A model generated the notes under the pieces. The model was not told the origin of the DNA, ran no database searches, and saw only the letters and a program-made list of their open reading frames with translations. From Macrostomum lignano (taxonomy: Eukaryota), in the NCBI GenBank assembly GCA_002269645.1, contig NIVC01001921.1, positions 1 to 64,000 on the forward strand: a stretch of DNA of 64,000 nt. The letters are read 5' to 3'. How positions within the stretch are numbered: the first letter of the stretch is position 1; every line of letters begins with the position of its first letter. Below, piece by piece: positions 49,854 through 61,318 of the stretch. Position numbers and translations under genes: made by a program.

Positions 49854-51030
49854 ATGGCAAGCTCGGCTGCTGACGTCAACAACTGCACGGAGCACTCGGT
49901 ACTCGGCTCCCCGGGCGCGGCGCAGGCCTCCCTCATCTTCTACGCCTGCCTCGGCTTCATCGGGGTCGTTGGCAACGCGCACGTCATGCTGGTGTTCCGG
50001 TCAAGCGGGAGCGCAGCCTCCGCTTCCTTGTGCTGTTTCTGAGCTGCCTGGACCTGGGCATCTCGGGCCTCATCCTGCCCCTGGACTGCTACCGGGTGTA
50101 CTCGGAGTTCGCCACGAGGGGCCGCCTACCCTGGCACTTCCTGGGCACCGTGATTCTCTCCTCACGACAGGCGGCCTTCGAGCTGGAGGGCTGCGTGCTG
50201 GTGCTGATCGCAGTGGACCGCTTCCTGTGCGTGGTGAAGGCGCGCCAGGAAGGCCTCTCCTACAGGCGCACCGCCGCCGCCCTGCTCGCCAGCGCCGCCG
50301 CCGTGGTTGCCTTGGAAACCAGCATCGTGGTCACGCACTACGTCATCGAGGACGACTGCGAGTTGAAGACAAAACTGGAGACCTCCCTGCTGGTGTTCTA
50401 CGGCGCCCTGGGCACGTGCTCGATCGCGCTGGTGGCCGGCCTGTACGCCAGGATCCTCTCCTTCGTGGCCGCCATGGAGCGGCGCAGGTCTCACCGTCGG
50501 AAGCGCGCGCGCCAGACTCTGAGCAGCCTGACCATGCAGCGCGCGGCCGGCCGCGGGCCACCCTCGGCAGCAGCACCGGGGCGGCGCCGTCGCAGTCGCC
50601 GGCGAACGCGGCCACGCCGATTGCCGAGACGGCGGAGGCAGCCGCGCTGGCCGAGGAGGCGCCCTTGAACAACGGGCATGAGCCGCCGCGCTGCCCGCTG
50701 GTGCAGTTCAGCCTCGATGTCCAGCCGACGGCGGCGGAGGGCAACGCCGGCGACGACTCGGATGCTCCGGTCGGGTGTGCAGAGCCGCGCGGGCCGTCCC
50801 CGGTGGCCTGGTTCCCGCTGCGCCTCGCCCTGATGTTGTTCGGCGCCTCCGTGCTGTTCTACCTCAGCCTCCTGCCGGGCATCCTCATCAACTTCAGCAT
50901 CATCAGCGACTCGCCGCTGCACCGCCTCTACTACCTGAACTCCTCCCTGAACTTTGCCGTGTACGCACTGTTCAACCCCAAGTTTAGGTCCGACCTGCGC
51001 GGCCTGTACTTGAAACGGTGCGGTCTGTGA
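49854..51030 (+). CDS. Single-exon orphan class A (rhodopsin-like) GPCR
   Basis: TM1 GVVGNAHV, TM2 LSCLDL, TM3 LIAVDRF, long third intracellular loop, TM6 FYLSLLP, TM7 LNSSLNFAVYALFNPKFR; pieced from three frames with -1 shifts at about 50000 and 50550-50585. Confidence 0.85.
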
Positions 51031-51044
51031 CTGGCTGGGACCAC

Positions 51045-51240
51045 GGATATCTGATAGCCTGGCTGGGATCACGGATCTCTGATGGCCTGGCTGGGATCAC
51101 GGATCTCTGATAGCCTGGCTGGGATCTCAGATCTCTGATAGCCTGGCTGGGATCTCAGATCTCTGATAGCCTGGCTGGGATCTCAGATCTCTGATAGCCT
51201 GGCTGGGATCACAGATCTCTGATAGCCTGGCTGGGATCAC
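51045..51240. repeat. About 28-bp minisatellite just after the GPCR stop codon
   Basis: Unit ATCTCTGATAGCCTGGCTGGGATC(A/T)CAG, about 7 copies. Confidence 0.85.
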
Positions 51241-51829
51241 AAATCAAAGATCACAAACGGACTGAGATATCACAAACGCAACAGACCTATTTTCATAACT
51301 AAAAATGTTGTTTTTAATGTGAGCACCATTGAACTCACTCTCAATTCTTCATCGCTGTCACCGCCCTAGATGCAGCGAAAGTCCTTCGGTTTTGTCACCA
51401 TCAACACCCCCTTGACCTAATTTTTTATTGACTTTTCAAGCCGAAAATTGCTAGCGAGTACACAGGAACACCAGTGCTTGAACCGTGAGTCTGCGGCTGT
51501 ATTGTCTTCATCATTCGCCATATGTGAATTTCCTACTGAGTACTCGCTAATTACTATATCTCCAAATGATGGAGTGAGACACCTGAGCCCGTGTCCATCC
51601 CCGCCCAACATCTCAGATTCCCAAAGCAGTTTTCCATACAGGTTTCATCATTCAACTCAAAACAGGCCCCAGGAAATGTGCAGTCGCTCACCTGGGCGGG
51701 GCCGCACTTTCCTGTTGTCCAATTTGCAAACACGTGACTTCATTGCGACTCCCTTCTGCGTCCCTCACTCTGAATGTAGAATAACTCTGCACTTCCCCAT
51801 ATGGGCAACTTCTGACTCGATTATATGAC

Positions 51830-52180
51830 ACTGTATGTCACTCAGATTGGCGGTGTATGTCACTCAGATTGGCGGTGTATGTCACTCAGATTGGCGGTGT
51901 ATGTCACTCAGATTGGCACTGCGTATGTCACTCAGATTGGCACTGTGTATGTCACTCAGATTGTCTGTCACTCAGACTGTATGTCACTCAGACTGTATGT
52001 CACTCAGACTGTATGTCACTCAGACTGTATGTCACTCAGACTGTATGTCACTCAGACTGTATGTCACTCAGACTGTGTGTCACTCAGACTGTATGTCACT
52101 CAGACTGTATGTCGCTCAGACTGTATGTCGCTCAGACTGTATGTCACTCAGACTGTATGTCACTCAGACTGTATGTCACT
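51830..52180. repeat. 16-22-bp minisatellite
   Basis: Core GTATGTCACTCAGA(CT/TTGGC). Confidence 0.9.
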
Positions 52181-52539
52181 CCAATGTCCCGTTCATCGAC
52201 CGACTACACCCCAGTCAGGCTTCCCTCGTTATTGCTTCTTTAAACAAGCGGCTGAAACAAAAATTTGGATGAAATTTCCCCAAGAATCGCTGTCCAGGAG
52301 TCACAAAAATGTGAGCCCAAATCGAAAAATTTCTGCGCACTTTGTGCTCAGAAAGCTCGCTGTAGCATTGCAGCGGGATGGCTGACCGGGAGCCGAGCTT
52401 GACAGCAGCGGAGGCTGAACTCGAAAATAAAATTTCACTGAGCAGAGAGTGATTAAACTTGTTGTGCATTTGATGATGAGCGCTGCTGGAGGCTGGAAAT
52501 GCTTTCCGCAATGCTTACAGATTTGAGAGTCCTTGTTAT

Positions 52540-55500
52540 CCATTTGGGTGTCCCTGTGATCCATTTGGGTGTCCCTGTGATCCATTTGGGTGTCCCTGTG
52601 ATCCATTTGGGTGTCCCTGTGATCCATTTGGGTGTCCTTGTTATCCATTTGGGTGTCCCTGTGATCCAGATGGGTGTCCCTGTGATCCAGATGGGTGTCC
52701 CTGTGATCCATTTGGGTGTCCTTGTTATCCATTTGGGTGTCCGTGTGATCCATTTGGGTGTCCCTGTGATCCAGATGGGTGTCCCTGTGATCCGGATGGG
52801 TGTCCCTGTGATCCAGATGGGTGTCCCTGTGATCCAGATGGGTGTCCCTGTGATCCAGATGGGTGTCCCTGTGATCCAGATGGGTGTCCCTGTGATCCAT
52901 TTGGGTGTCCCTGTGATCCATTTGGGTGTCCCTGTGATCCAGATGGGTGTCCCTGTGATCCAGATGGGTGTCCCTGTGATCCATTTGGGTGTCCCTGTGA
53001 TCCATTTGGGTGCCCCTGTGATCCATTTGGGTGTCCCTGTGATCCAGATGGGTGTCCCTGTGATCCAGATGGGTGTCCCTGTGATCCATTTGGGTGCCCC
53101 TGTGATCCAGATGGGTGTCCCTGTGATCCATTTGGGTGTCCCTGTGATCCATTTGGGTGTCCCTGTGATCCAGATGGGTGTCCCTGTGATCCATTTGGGT
53201 GTCCCTGTGATCCATTTGGGTGCCCCTGTGATCCATTTGGGTGTCCCTGTGATCCAGATGGGTGTCCCTGTGATCGAGATGGGTGTCCCTGTGATCCATT
53301 TGGGTGTCCGTGTGATCCATTTGGGTGTCCGTGTGATCCGGATGGGTGTCCCTGTGATCCAGATGGGTGTCCCTGTGATCCAGATGGGTGTCCCTGTGAT
53401 CCATTTGGGTGTCCCTGTGATCCATTTGGGTGTCCCTGTGATCCATTTGAACGTCCGTGTGATCCATTTGGGTGTCCCTGTGATCCATTTGGGTGACCCT
53501 GTGATCCATTTGGGTGTCCCTGTGATCCATTTGGGTGTCCGTGTGATCCATTTGGGTGTCCCTGTGATCCAGATGGGTGTCCCTGTGATCCAGATGGGTG
53601 TCCCTGTGATCCATTTGGGTGTCCCTGTGATCCGGATGTCCCTGTGATCCAGATGGGTGTCCCTGTGATCCAGATGGGTGTCCCTATGATCCAGATGGGT
53701 GTCCCTGTGATCCATTTGGGTGTCCCTGTGATCCATTTGGGTGTCCTTGCGACCTATTTGGGTGTCCCTGTGATCCAGATGGGTGTCCCTGTAATCCATT
53801 TGGGTGTCCCTGTGATCCATTTGGGTGTCCCTGTGATCCAGATGGGTGTCCCTGTGATCCAGATGGGTGTCCCTGTGATCCAGATGGGTGTCCCTGTGAT
53901 CCATTTGGGTGTCCCTGTGATCCAGATGGGTGTCCCTGTGATCCAGATGGGCGTCCCTGTGATCCAGATGGGTGTCCCTGTGATCCATTTGGGTGTCCCT
54001 GTGATCCATTTGGGTGTCCGTGTGATCCAGATGGGTGTCCCTGTGATCCATTTGGGTGTCCCTGAGATCCGGATGACTTTGTGATCCATTTGGGTGTCCC
54101 TGTGATTCGGATGACCCTGTGATCCAGATGGGTGTCCCTGTGATCCATTTGGGTGTCCCTGTGATCCATTTGGGTGTCCCTGTGATCCAGATGGGTGTCC
54201 CTGTGATCCAGATGGGCGTCCTGTGATCCAGATGGGTGTCCCTGTGATCCATTTGGGTGTCCCTGTGATCCATTTGGGTGTCCCTGTGATCCATTTGATT
54301 GTCCCTGTGATCCATTTTGGTGTCCCTGTGATCCAGATGGGTGTCCCTGTGATCCAGATGGGTGTCCCTGTGATCCATTTGGGTGTCCCTGTGATCCATT
54401 TGGGTGCCCCTGTGATCCAGATGGGTGTCCCTGTGATCCAGATGGGTGTCCCTGTGATCCAGATGGGTGTCCCTGTGATCCATTTGGGTGTCCCTGTGAT
54501 CCATTTGGTTGTCCCTGTGATCCATTTGGGTGTCCCTGTGATCCATTTGGGTGTCCCTGTGATCCATTTGGTTGTCCCTGTGATCCAGATGGGTGTCCCT
54601 GTGATCCAGATGGGTGTCCCTGTGATCCATTTGGGTGTCCCTGTGATCCATTTGGGTGTCCCTGTGATCCATTTGGGTGACCCTGTGATCCATTTGGGTG
54701 ACCCTGTGATCCAGATGGGTGTCCCTGTGATCCAGATGGGTGTCCTTGTGATCCGGAAGGGTGTCCCTGTGATCCATTTGGGTGTCCCTGTGATCCATTT
54801 GGGTGTCCCTGTGATCCATTTGGGTGTCCCTGTGATTCATTTGGGTGTCCCTGTGATCCAGATGGGTGTCCCTGTGATCCAGATGGGTGTCCCTGTGATC
54901 CAGATGGGTGTCCCTGTGATCCATTTGGGTGTCCCTGTGATCCATTTGGGTGTCCCTGTGATCCAGATGGGTGTCCCTGTGATCCATTTGGGTGTCCGTG
55001 TGATCCGGATGGGTGTCCCTTTGATCCGGATGTCCCTGTGATCCAGATGGGTGTCCCTGTGATCCAGAAGGGTGTCCCTGTGATCCATTTGGGTGTCCCT
55101 GTGATCCATTTGGGTGTCCTTGCGACCTATTTGGGTGTCCCTGTGATCCAGATGGGTGCCCCTGTAATCCATTTGGGTGTCCCTGTGATCCATTTGGGTG
55201 TCCCTGTAATCCATTTGGGTGTCCCTGTGATCCATTTGGGTGTCCCTGTGATCCAGATGGGTGTCCCTGTGATCCAGATGGGTGTCCCTTTGATCCGGAT
55301 GTCCCTGTGATCCAGATGGGTGTCCCTGTGATCCAGATGGGTGTCCCTGTGATCCATTTGGGTGTCTTTGTGATCCATTTGGGTGTCCCTGTGATCCATT
55401 TGGGTGTCCCTGTGATCCATTTGGGCGTCCCTGTGATCCATTTGGGTGTCCCTGTGATCCATTTGGGTGTCCCTGTGATCCATTTGGGTGTCCCTGTGAT

Positions 55501-56260
55501 CCATTTGGGTGTCCCTGTGATCCATTTGGGTGTCCGTGTGATCCGGATGGGTGTCCCTTTGATCCGGATGTCCCTGTGATCCAGATGGGTGTCCCTGTGA
55601 TCCAGATGGGTGTCCCTGTGATCCATTTGGGTGTCTTTGTGATCCATTTGGGTGTCCCTGTGATCCATTTGGGTGTCCCTGTGATCCATTTGGGCGTCCC
55701 TGTGATCCATTTGGGTGTCCCTGTGATCCATTTGGGTGTCCCTGTGATCCATTTGGGTGTCCGTGTGATCCATTTGGGTGTCCCTGTGATCCATTTGGGT
55801 GTCCCTGTGATCTAGATGGGTGTCCCTGTGATCCAGATGGGTGTCCCTGTGATCCAGATGGGTGTCCTGTGATCCAGATGGGTGTCCCTGTGATCCAGAT
55901 GTGTGTCCGTGTGATCCGGATGGGTGTCCCTGTGATCCAGATGGGTGTCCCTGTGATCCATTTGGGTGTCCCTGTGATTCGGATGACCCTGTGATCCAGA
56001 TGGGTGTCCCTGTGATCCAGATGGGTGTCCCTGTGATCCAGATGGGTGTCCCTGTGATCCAGATGGGTGTCCCTGTGATCCAGATGGGTGTCCCTGTGAT
56101 CCAGATGGGTGTCCCTGTGATCCATTTGGGTGTCCGTGTGATCCGGATGGGTGTCCCTGTGATCCGGATGACCCTGTGATCCAGATGGGTTTCCCTGTGA
56201 TCCGGATGGGTGTCCCTGTGATCCAGATGGGTGTCCCTGTGATCCGGATGGGTGTCCCTT
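52540..56260. repeat. 21-bp satellite, about 3.7 kb
   Basis: Two alternating units GGGTGTCCCTGTGATCCATTT and GGGTGTCCCTGTGATCCAGAT, about 175 copies. Confidence 0.97.
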
Positions 56261-56759
56261 GCAAAATTTCGAGTACTGAGAACTTAGCTTGCTCAGCTGA
56301 GGCCCGGAACTGCTTCTGTCTGCATTGGCAAAAATAAATTACTATTTTTGGGGCCAGAAAAATTAAGAACAAAACTTTTGTAGGGCAAGCTCGGCGTTGA
56401 GAGCTCTGCTACCCAAGCAGACTGCAGGTGATAAGATATGGTTTTATTGCCACCTGATGCCCGGGTGGCTTGCACTCTAAATACTTTATTAAACTCGTTA
56501 GTCTGTGCAAAGTGGAACTGGGTAGTTTATAAAGTGGTTATCTCTGAAAAGTACTTTTATGATTTTAAATTTATTTGAATAGAATCTGGAATTTTGAAGC
56601 TGGACTACTGATAGTAATATATTTCTCTAATCGATCACATAGATAGAGACCTACCTACCTTCCGACAAACCATTTTTAGTATGTTACGAGCGTAGATTAG
56701 TATTGGTAGATATGCTCGTAACAGTCTCCATGGATACAGTGAGAAGAAAAATAGATAAG

Positions 56760-57375
56760 ATGTGATAGATGCGGCTCTGCAATTTGAGGGGTATATGTCA
56801 TCACAGGCTCTGCAATGTGATAGATAAGGCTCTGCAATGTGATAGATGCGGCTCTGCAATTTGATAGATAAGGCTCTGCAATGTGATAGATAAGGCTCTG
56901 CAATGTGATAGATAAGGCTCTGCAATGTGATAGATAAGGCTCTACAATGTGATAGATAAGGCTCTACAATGTGATAGATGCGGCCCTGTAATGTGATAGA
57001 TAAGGCTCTGCAATGTGATAGATGCGGCCCTGTAATGTGATAGATAAGGCTCTGCAATGTAATAGATAAGGCTCTGCAATGTGATAGATAAGGCTCTGCA
57101 ATGTGATAGATGCGGCCCTGTAATGTGATAGATAAGGCTCTGCAATGTAATAGATAAGGCTCTGCAATGTGATAGATAAGGCTCTGCAATGTGATAGATG
57201 CGGCCCTGTAATGTGATAGATAAGGCTCTGCAATGTAATAGATAAGGCTCTGCAATGTGATAGATAAGGCTCTGCAATGTGATAGATGCGGCCCTGCAAT
57301 GTGATAGATAAGGCTCTGCAATGTGATAGATGCGGCCCTGCAATGTGATAGATAAGGCTCTGCAATGTGATAGAT
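56760..57375. repeat. 22-bp minisatellite
   Basis: Unit GGCTCTGCAATGTGATAGAT(AA/GC), about 28 copies. Confidence 0.95.
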
Positions 57376-57678
57376 AGGGGCGGCGCTCTGTTAATAATTC
57401 AAAATTCAGTTGGACGAAAAAAAGTTGCTTTCAAGAAAAAACCCAATGGTTCCCAGCGGTGACAATTTGTCTGGATTGCAACACATTGGGATGAGCTTGC
57501 CAACTTTTCAGAAATTGTCCTAAGCTTTACTTTGGCGGAAACTTATTATTTAAACAAAAATTAATCGAATTATCAATTTGTGTTACTTGAGCTCATATTG
57601 CTCTGTCCAATCTAAACAAAATCAGATTTCACTTCTCAACCAAGACATCCACGATTCTTAAAAATTGAATTGGTTCCG

Positions 57679-59872
57679 TCACGGCGAAATGCTGACCACG
57701 AGTTTGAGCTCCTTCATCGGAACATCGCCTGTCGGGAGTTTCCAAAACATGTTCTGCCTGTGGTGGATGGACACATTCGAGTAGATCCCTGTTGGGTTCG
57801 GCTTCATGCAACCGTTATACCACCAGCCACCGCCGCCTCTCACGCGGGAGCAATGCGCACTTGACACAACATCATTTTCAGCATCTAAAGTGGAGAACTG
57901 CATTCCTGAGTGGTAAATCATCGCATCGTGATTGACGCTGCAGCGGTCGCTGAGAAACGGAGCCACCGTCAGAGTGTAGTTGGTGAGCTGGCTCTGCACC
58001 ATGAAGTTCGGGTGCTCGCAGAAGTAGCTGACATTGTCCCAGGAGGTCATCTCCACCCTCAGCTTCTCGGATCCGCTTGCGGTGAGAGCGTGGAGGGACC
58101 GGAGGCCTGGAGAGGTCAGGGTGACTTGTCCAGTACATCACTCATGACTCTCCATCACCAGCTCTGCTCATGACTCACCCATCACCAGCTCTGCTCATGA
58201 CTCACCCATCACCAGCTCTGCTCATGACTCACCCATCACCAGCTCTGCTCATGACTCACCCATCACCAGCTCTGCTCATGACTCACCCATCGCCAGCTCT
58301 GCTCATGACTCAGCCATCACCAGCTCTGCTCATGACTCACCCATCACCAGCTCTGCTCATGACTCGACCATCACCAGCTCTGCTCATGACTCATCCATCA
58401 CCAGCTCTGCTCATGACTCACCCATCACCAGCTCTGCTCATGACTCATCCATCGCCAGCTCTGCTCATGACTCACCCATCGCCAGCTCTGCTCATGACTC
58501 AGCCATCACCAGCTCTGCTCATGACTCACCATCACCAGCTCTGCTCATGACTCATCCATCACCAGCTCTGCTCATGACTCAGCCATCACCAGCTCTGCTC
58601 ATGACTCATCCATCACCAGCTCTGCTCATGACTCACCCATCACCAGCTCTGCTCATGACTCATCCATCGCCAGCTCTGCTCATGACTCACCCATCGCCAG
58701 CTCTGCTCATGACTCACCCATCCACCAATTCTCCGAGTTGCCGAAGCCGCTCTCGTACTCAGCCCACGTCCGGTTGAACAGAACCGAGTTGCTGACGCGC
58801 TGCATGAACACGCAGTAGCGACTGTCCTCAACGACGGCCTGCTTTGGACAGGGCTCTGAAATGGGGTGGGTGCGGCTCTGCAATGGGGTGGGTTCGGCTC
58901 TGAAATGGGGTGGGTGCGGCTCTGCAATGGGGTGGGTGCGGCTCAGCAATGGGGTGGGTGCGGCTCTGCAATGGGGTGGGTGCGGCTCTGCAATGGGGTG
59001 GGTGCGGCTCTGCAATGGGGTGGGTTCGGCTCTGCAATGGGGTGGGTGCGGCTCTGCAATGGGGTGGGTGCGGCTCTGCAATGGGGTGGGTGCGGCTCTG
59101 CAATGGGGTGGGTGCGGCTCTGCAATGGGGTGGGTGCGGCTCTGCAATGGGGTGGGTTCGGCTCTGAAATGGGGTGGGTGCGGCTCTGCAATGGGGTGGG
59201 TGCGGCTCTGCAATGGGGTGGGTGCGGCTCTGCAATGGGGTGGGTGCGGCTCTGCAATGGGGTGGGTTCGGCTCTGCAATGGGGTGGGTGCGGCTCTGCA
59301 ATGGGTTGGGTGCGGCTCTGCAATGGGGTGGGTGCGGCTCTGCAATGGGGTGGGTGCAGCTCTGCCCTTTGGTTGTCTCAGTGTTACAGTCCAGTGATCT
59401 CATCGAAAATCAACCTGAGCTTCACCTGTCGAGTAGCAGGTGTCGGTGAGCTCATCGAAGGAGCTGCGAGTCTCCGAGGTCTCAGAGCCCCAGCAGTCGA
59501 TCGGCCTGTCGGCCATGCAGCATCTCTGATGCAGCTGGTGGAAGTCGAACCACCTGCAGGTTTTCCACGCGGTGCACAAGGTCGCGCACTCGATGAAGCT
59601 GCGAGCGGCCACCTGAGACGATGAGGCAGCTGCCGGTGTCTCAGGAGTCGTAGCACCTTGCCGCTTCATCTTGAAGCTGCAGGTGTCTGCAAGTTTAGAT
59701 TCAGGTTATCTGCTGTGCATGAAGCGCCACTGCGGGCTGCCAAGAGCAATGAACAAATGAGTGAAATGAACAACTCACAGGCAGTCGCGTGAGTTCCTAA
59801 CTGCAGAAGCAGTGCGGCTGTCTCGATCATCAAGAAGACACGCGAATTTGTGCTCAGTTCGATGTGTGCCAT
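57679..59872 (-). CDS. Secreted PAN/apple + fibrinogen C-terminal (FReD) protein, paralogue A, 4 exons
   Basis: Exons 59872-59779, 59686-59426, 58855-58718, 58106-57679, all phase 1; signal peptide, ARSFIECATLCTAWKTCRWF (PAN), FMQRVSNSVLFNRTWAEYESGFGNSENWWMGL, FSTLDAEND, GGWWYNGC (FReD). Confidence 0.88.
58140..58717. repeat. 27-bp minisatellite made of the exon-3 donor site (FReD A intron 3)
   Basis: Minus-strand unit ATGG|GTGAGTCATGAGCAGAGCTGGTG, about 21 copies. Confidence 0.95.
58856..59365. repeat. 22-bp minisatellite made of the exon-3 acceptor site (FReD A intron 2)
   Basis: Minus-strand unit CCCACCCCATTGCAG|AGCCGCA, about 23 copies. Confidence 0.95.
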
Positions 59873-60656
59873 GATGGAAATTTTTAGCAGGCTGCCACAA
59901 GCTGTCTGCTTACCCTGTTGTGAAAGCAGACATGATTTATAGAGCCCGCTTGCGTGTCTCTTGTGTGATGCGACAGCCTCTCAAACCTCCCGCCAATGGC
60001 AGCAGCCGGACCGTGAATTGCTGAGAGGTTGCTGCTATGAAGAAACTGTGAGAAATGAGCAGGGATGCTGCAAATCTTGCAGGACTTCACAAGGGCGCTG
60101 CCACCCCCAAGGCAAGACAAAATTAACGAGCATTTTCCCTAACAAGCTAACTAGCTTGAAACTCAACAATGTGGAAAACCGCTTGAATGCTGCAAACTCC
60201 CAGATGCCATGAGGCAGCAGTCGAAGGGAAACTGCCGACTCTGCGTGGGCTGTGTCTGCAACCGAAGTACTTTTATGAAACCTTTGTCACTTTTGAGTCA
60301 CCATATGCCACTGTTTATTGACTAATGCTGCTTCCATTCGCTTTGGCGGCTGAGCGGCAGGTGAATATTCATAAAAACTATAATAAATAATAGTATCCGT
60401 TAGAAACCATAGAAACCATAACAACCATAACACCAATTACCATAGTAACCATAGCAACCATCAAGTCCTGAGAACAAGTAGCGTGGAATTTCATGGGAAG
60501 CAAGTACATGTACCTCGCAAGTTCGAGCCCCACTTTTTGGCCCACATTTAAAGAATTTCGCCAGCTTCCTGTAAGCAAAGTTTACTGTTAGCTTGATTGC
60601 TACTTGATTAAATAATATCTGAAGAATTTCGTCAGATTAATTTTTACCAGAGGCGC

Positions 60657-60825
60657 CAGCACCAGAGGCGCCAGCACCAGAGGCGCCAGCACCAGAGGCG
60701 CCAGCACCAGAGGCGCCAGCACCAGAGGCGCCAGCACCAGAGGCGCCAGCACCAGAGGCGCCAGCACCAGAGGCGCCAGCACCAGAGGCGCCAGCACCAG
60801 AGGCGCCAGCACCAGAGGCGCCAGC
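60657..60825. repeat. 15-bp minisatellite between the FReD paralogues
   Basis: Unit ACCAGAGGCGCCAGC, about 11 perfect copies. Confidence 0.95.
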
Positions 60826-61318
60826 AGACAGATCAAGTAAAGATTCAATGAGACAAAGTCATCCTTAGTTGCCGTGACAAGGTAAATAATTCCCGTTGAA
60901 GAGAAACGGATTTTCGTGGGCTCAGAGTTTACTCTTCAATCTTGATTGTTCTGAGCAAACTGCCAGGGAGCGGAAAGCAGCGCCGCCCAGTGTCGAGCAC
61001 TCAGTCAGCGTTGAGAAGCACCGGAAGAGCTGATCGGCACAGGGCGCATTCCAGTGAACAAACACTGCGTTTCACATCAACTTTTTCGAATTCACATCTT
61101 CCAGACTCTTCCCGGCAGACAGAGGCAGCTTTCCCTGCTCATGCAATCTTCAAAATCAAGTTTGCTTCTGAATGCCGGAAGGAGAACACGGATGGAGAAG
61201 GATCGATAAATGTATTCGTTCTGCTCGCACCTCAAGCTTGCATAAAAGCGATCCAAGAGACCAGAGTTCCCGCTTAGCGATTCGGTTTGAAAAACTCTGA
61301 ACAGCATTTGAACCGCGC

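Noticed and set aside
52301-56372. 1113-aa and other long ORFs (MDHRDTQ / ITGTPKW repeats)
   Set aside because: 21-bp satellite with frequent frame switches between repeat registers; no evidence of coding constraint
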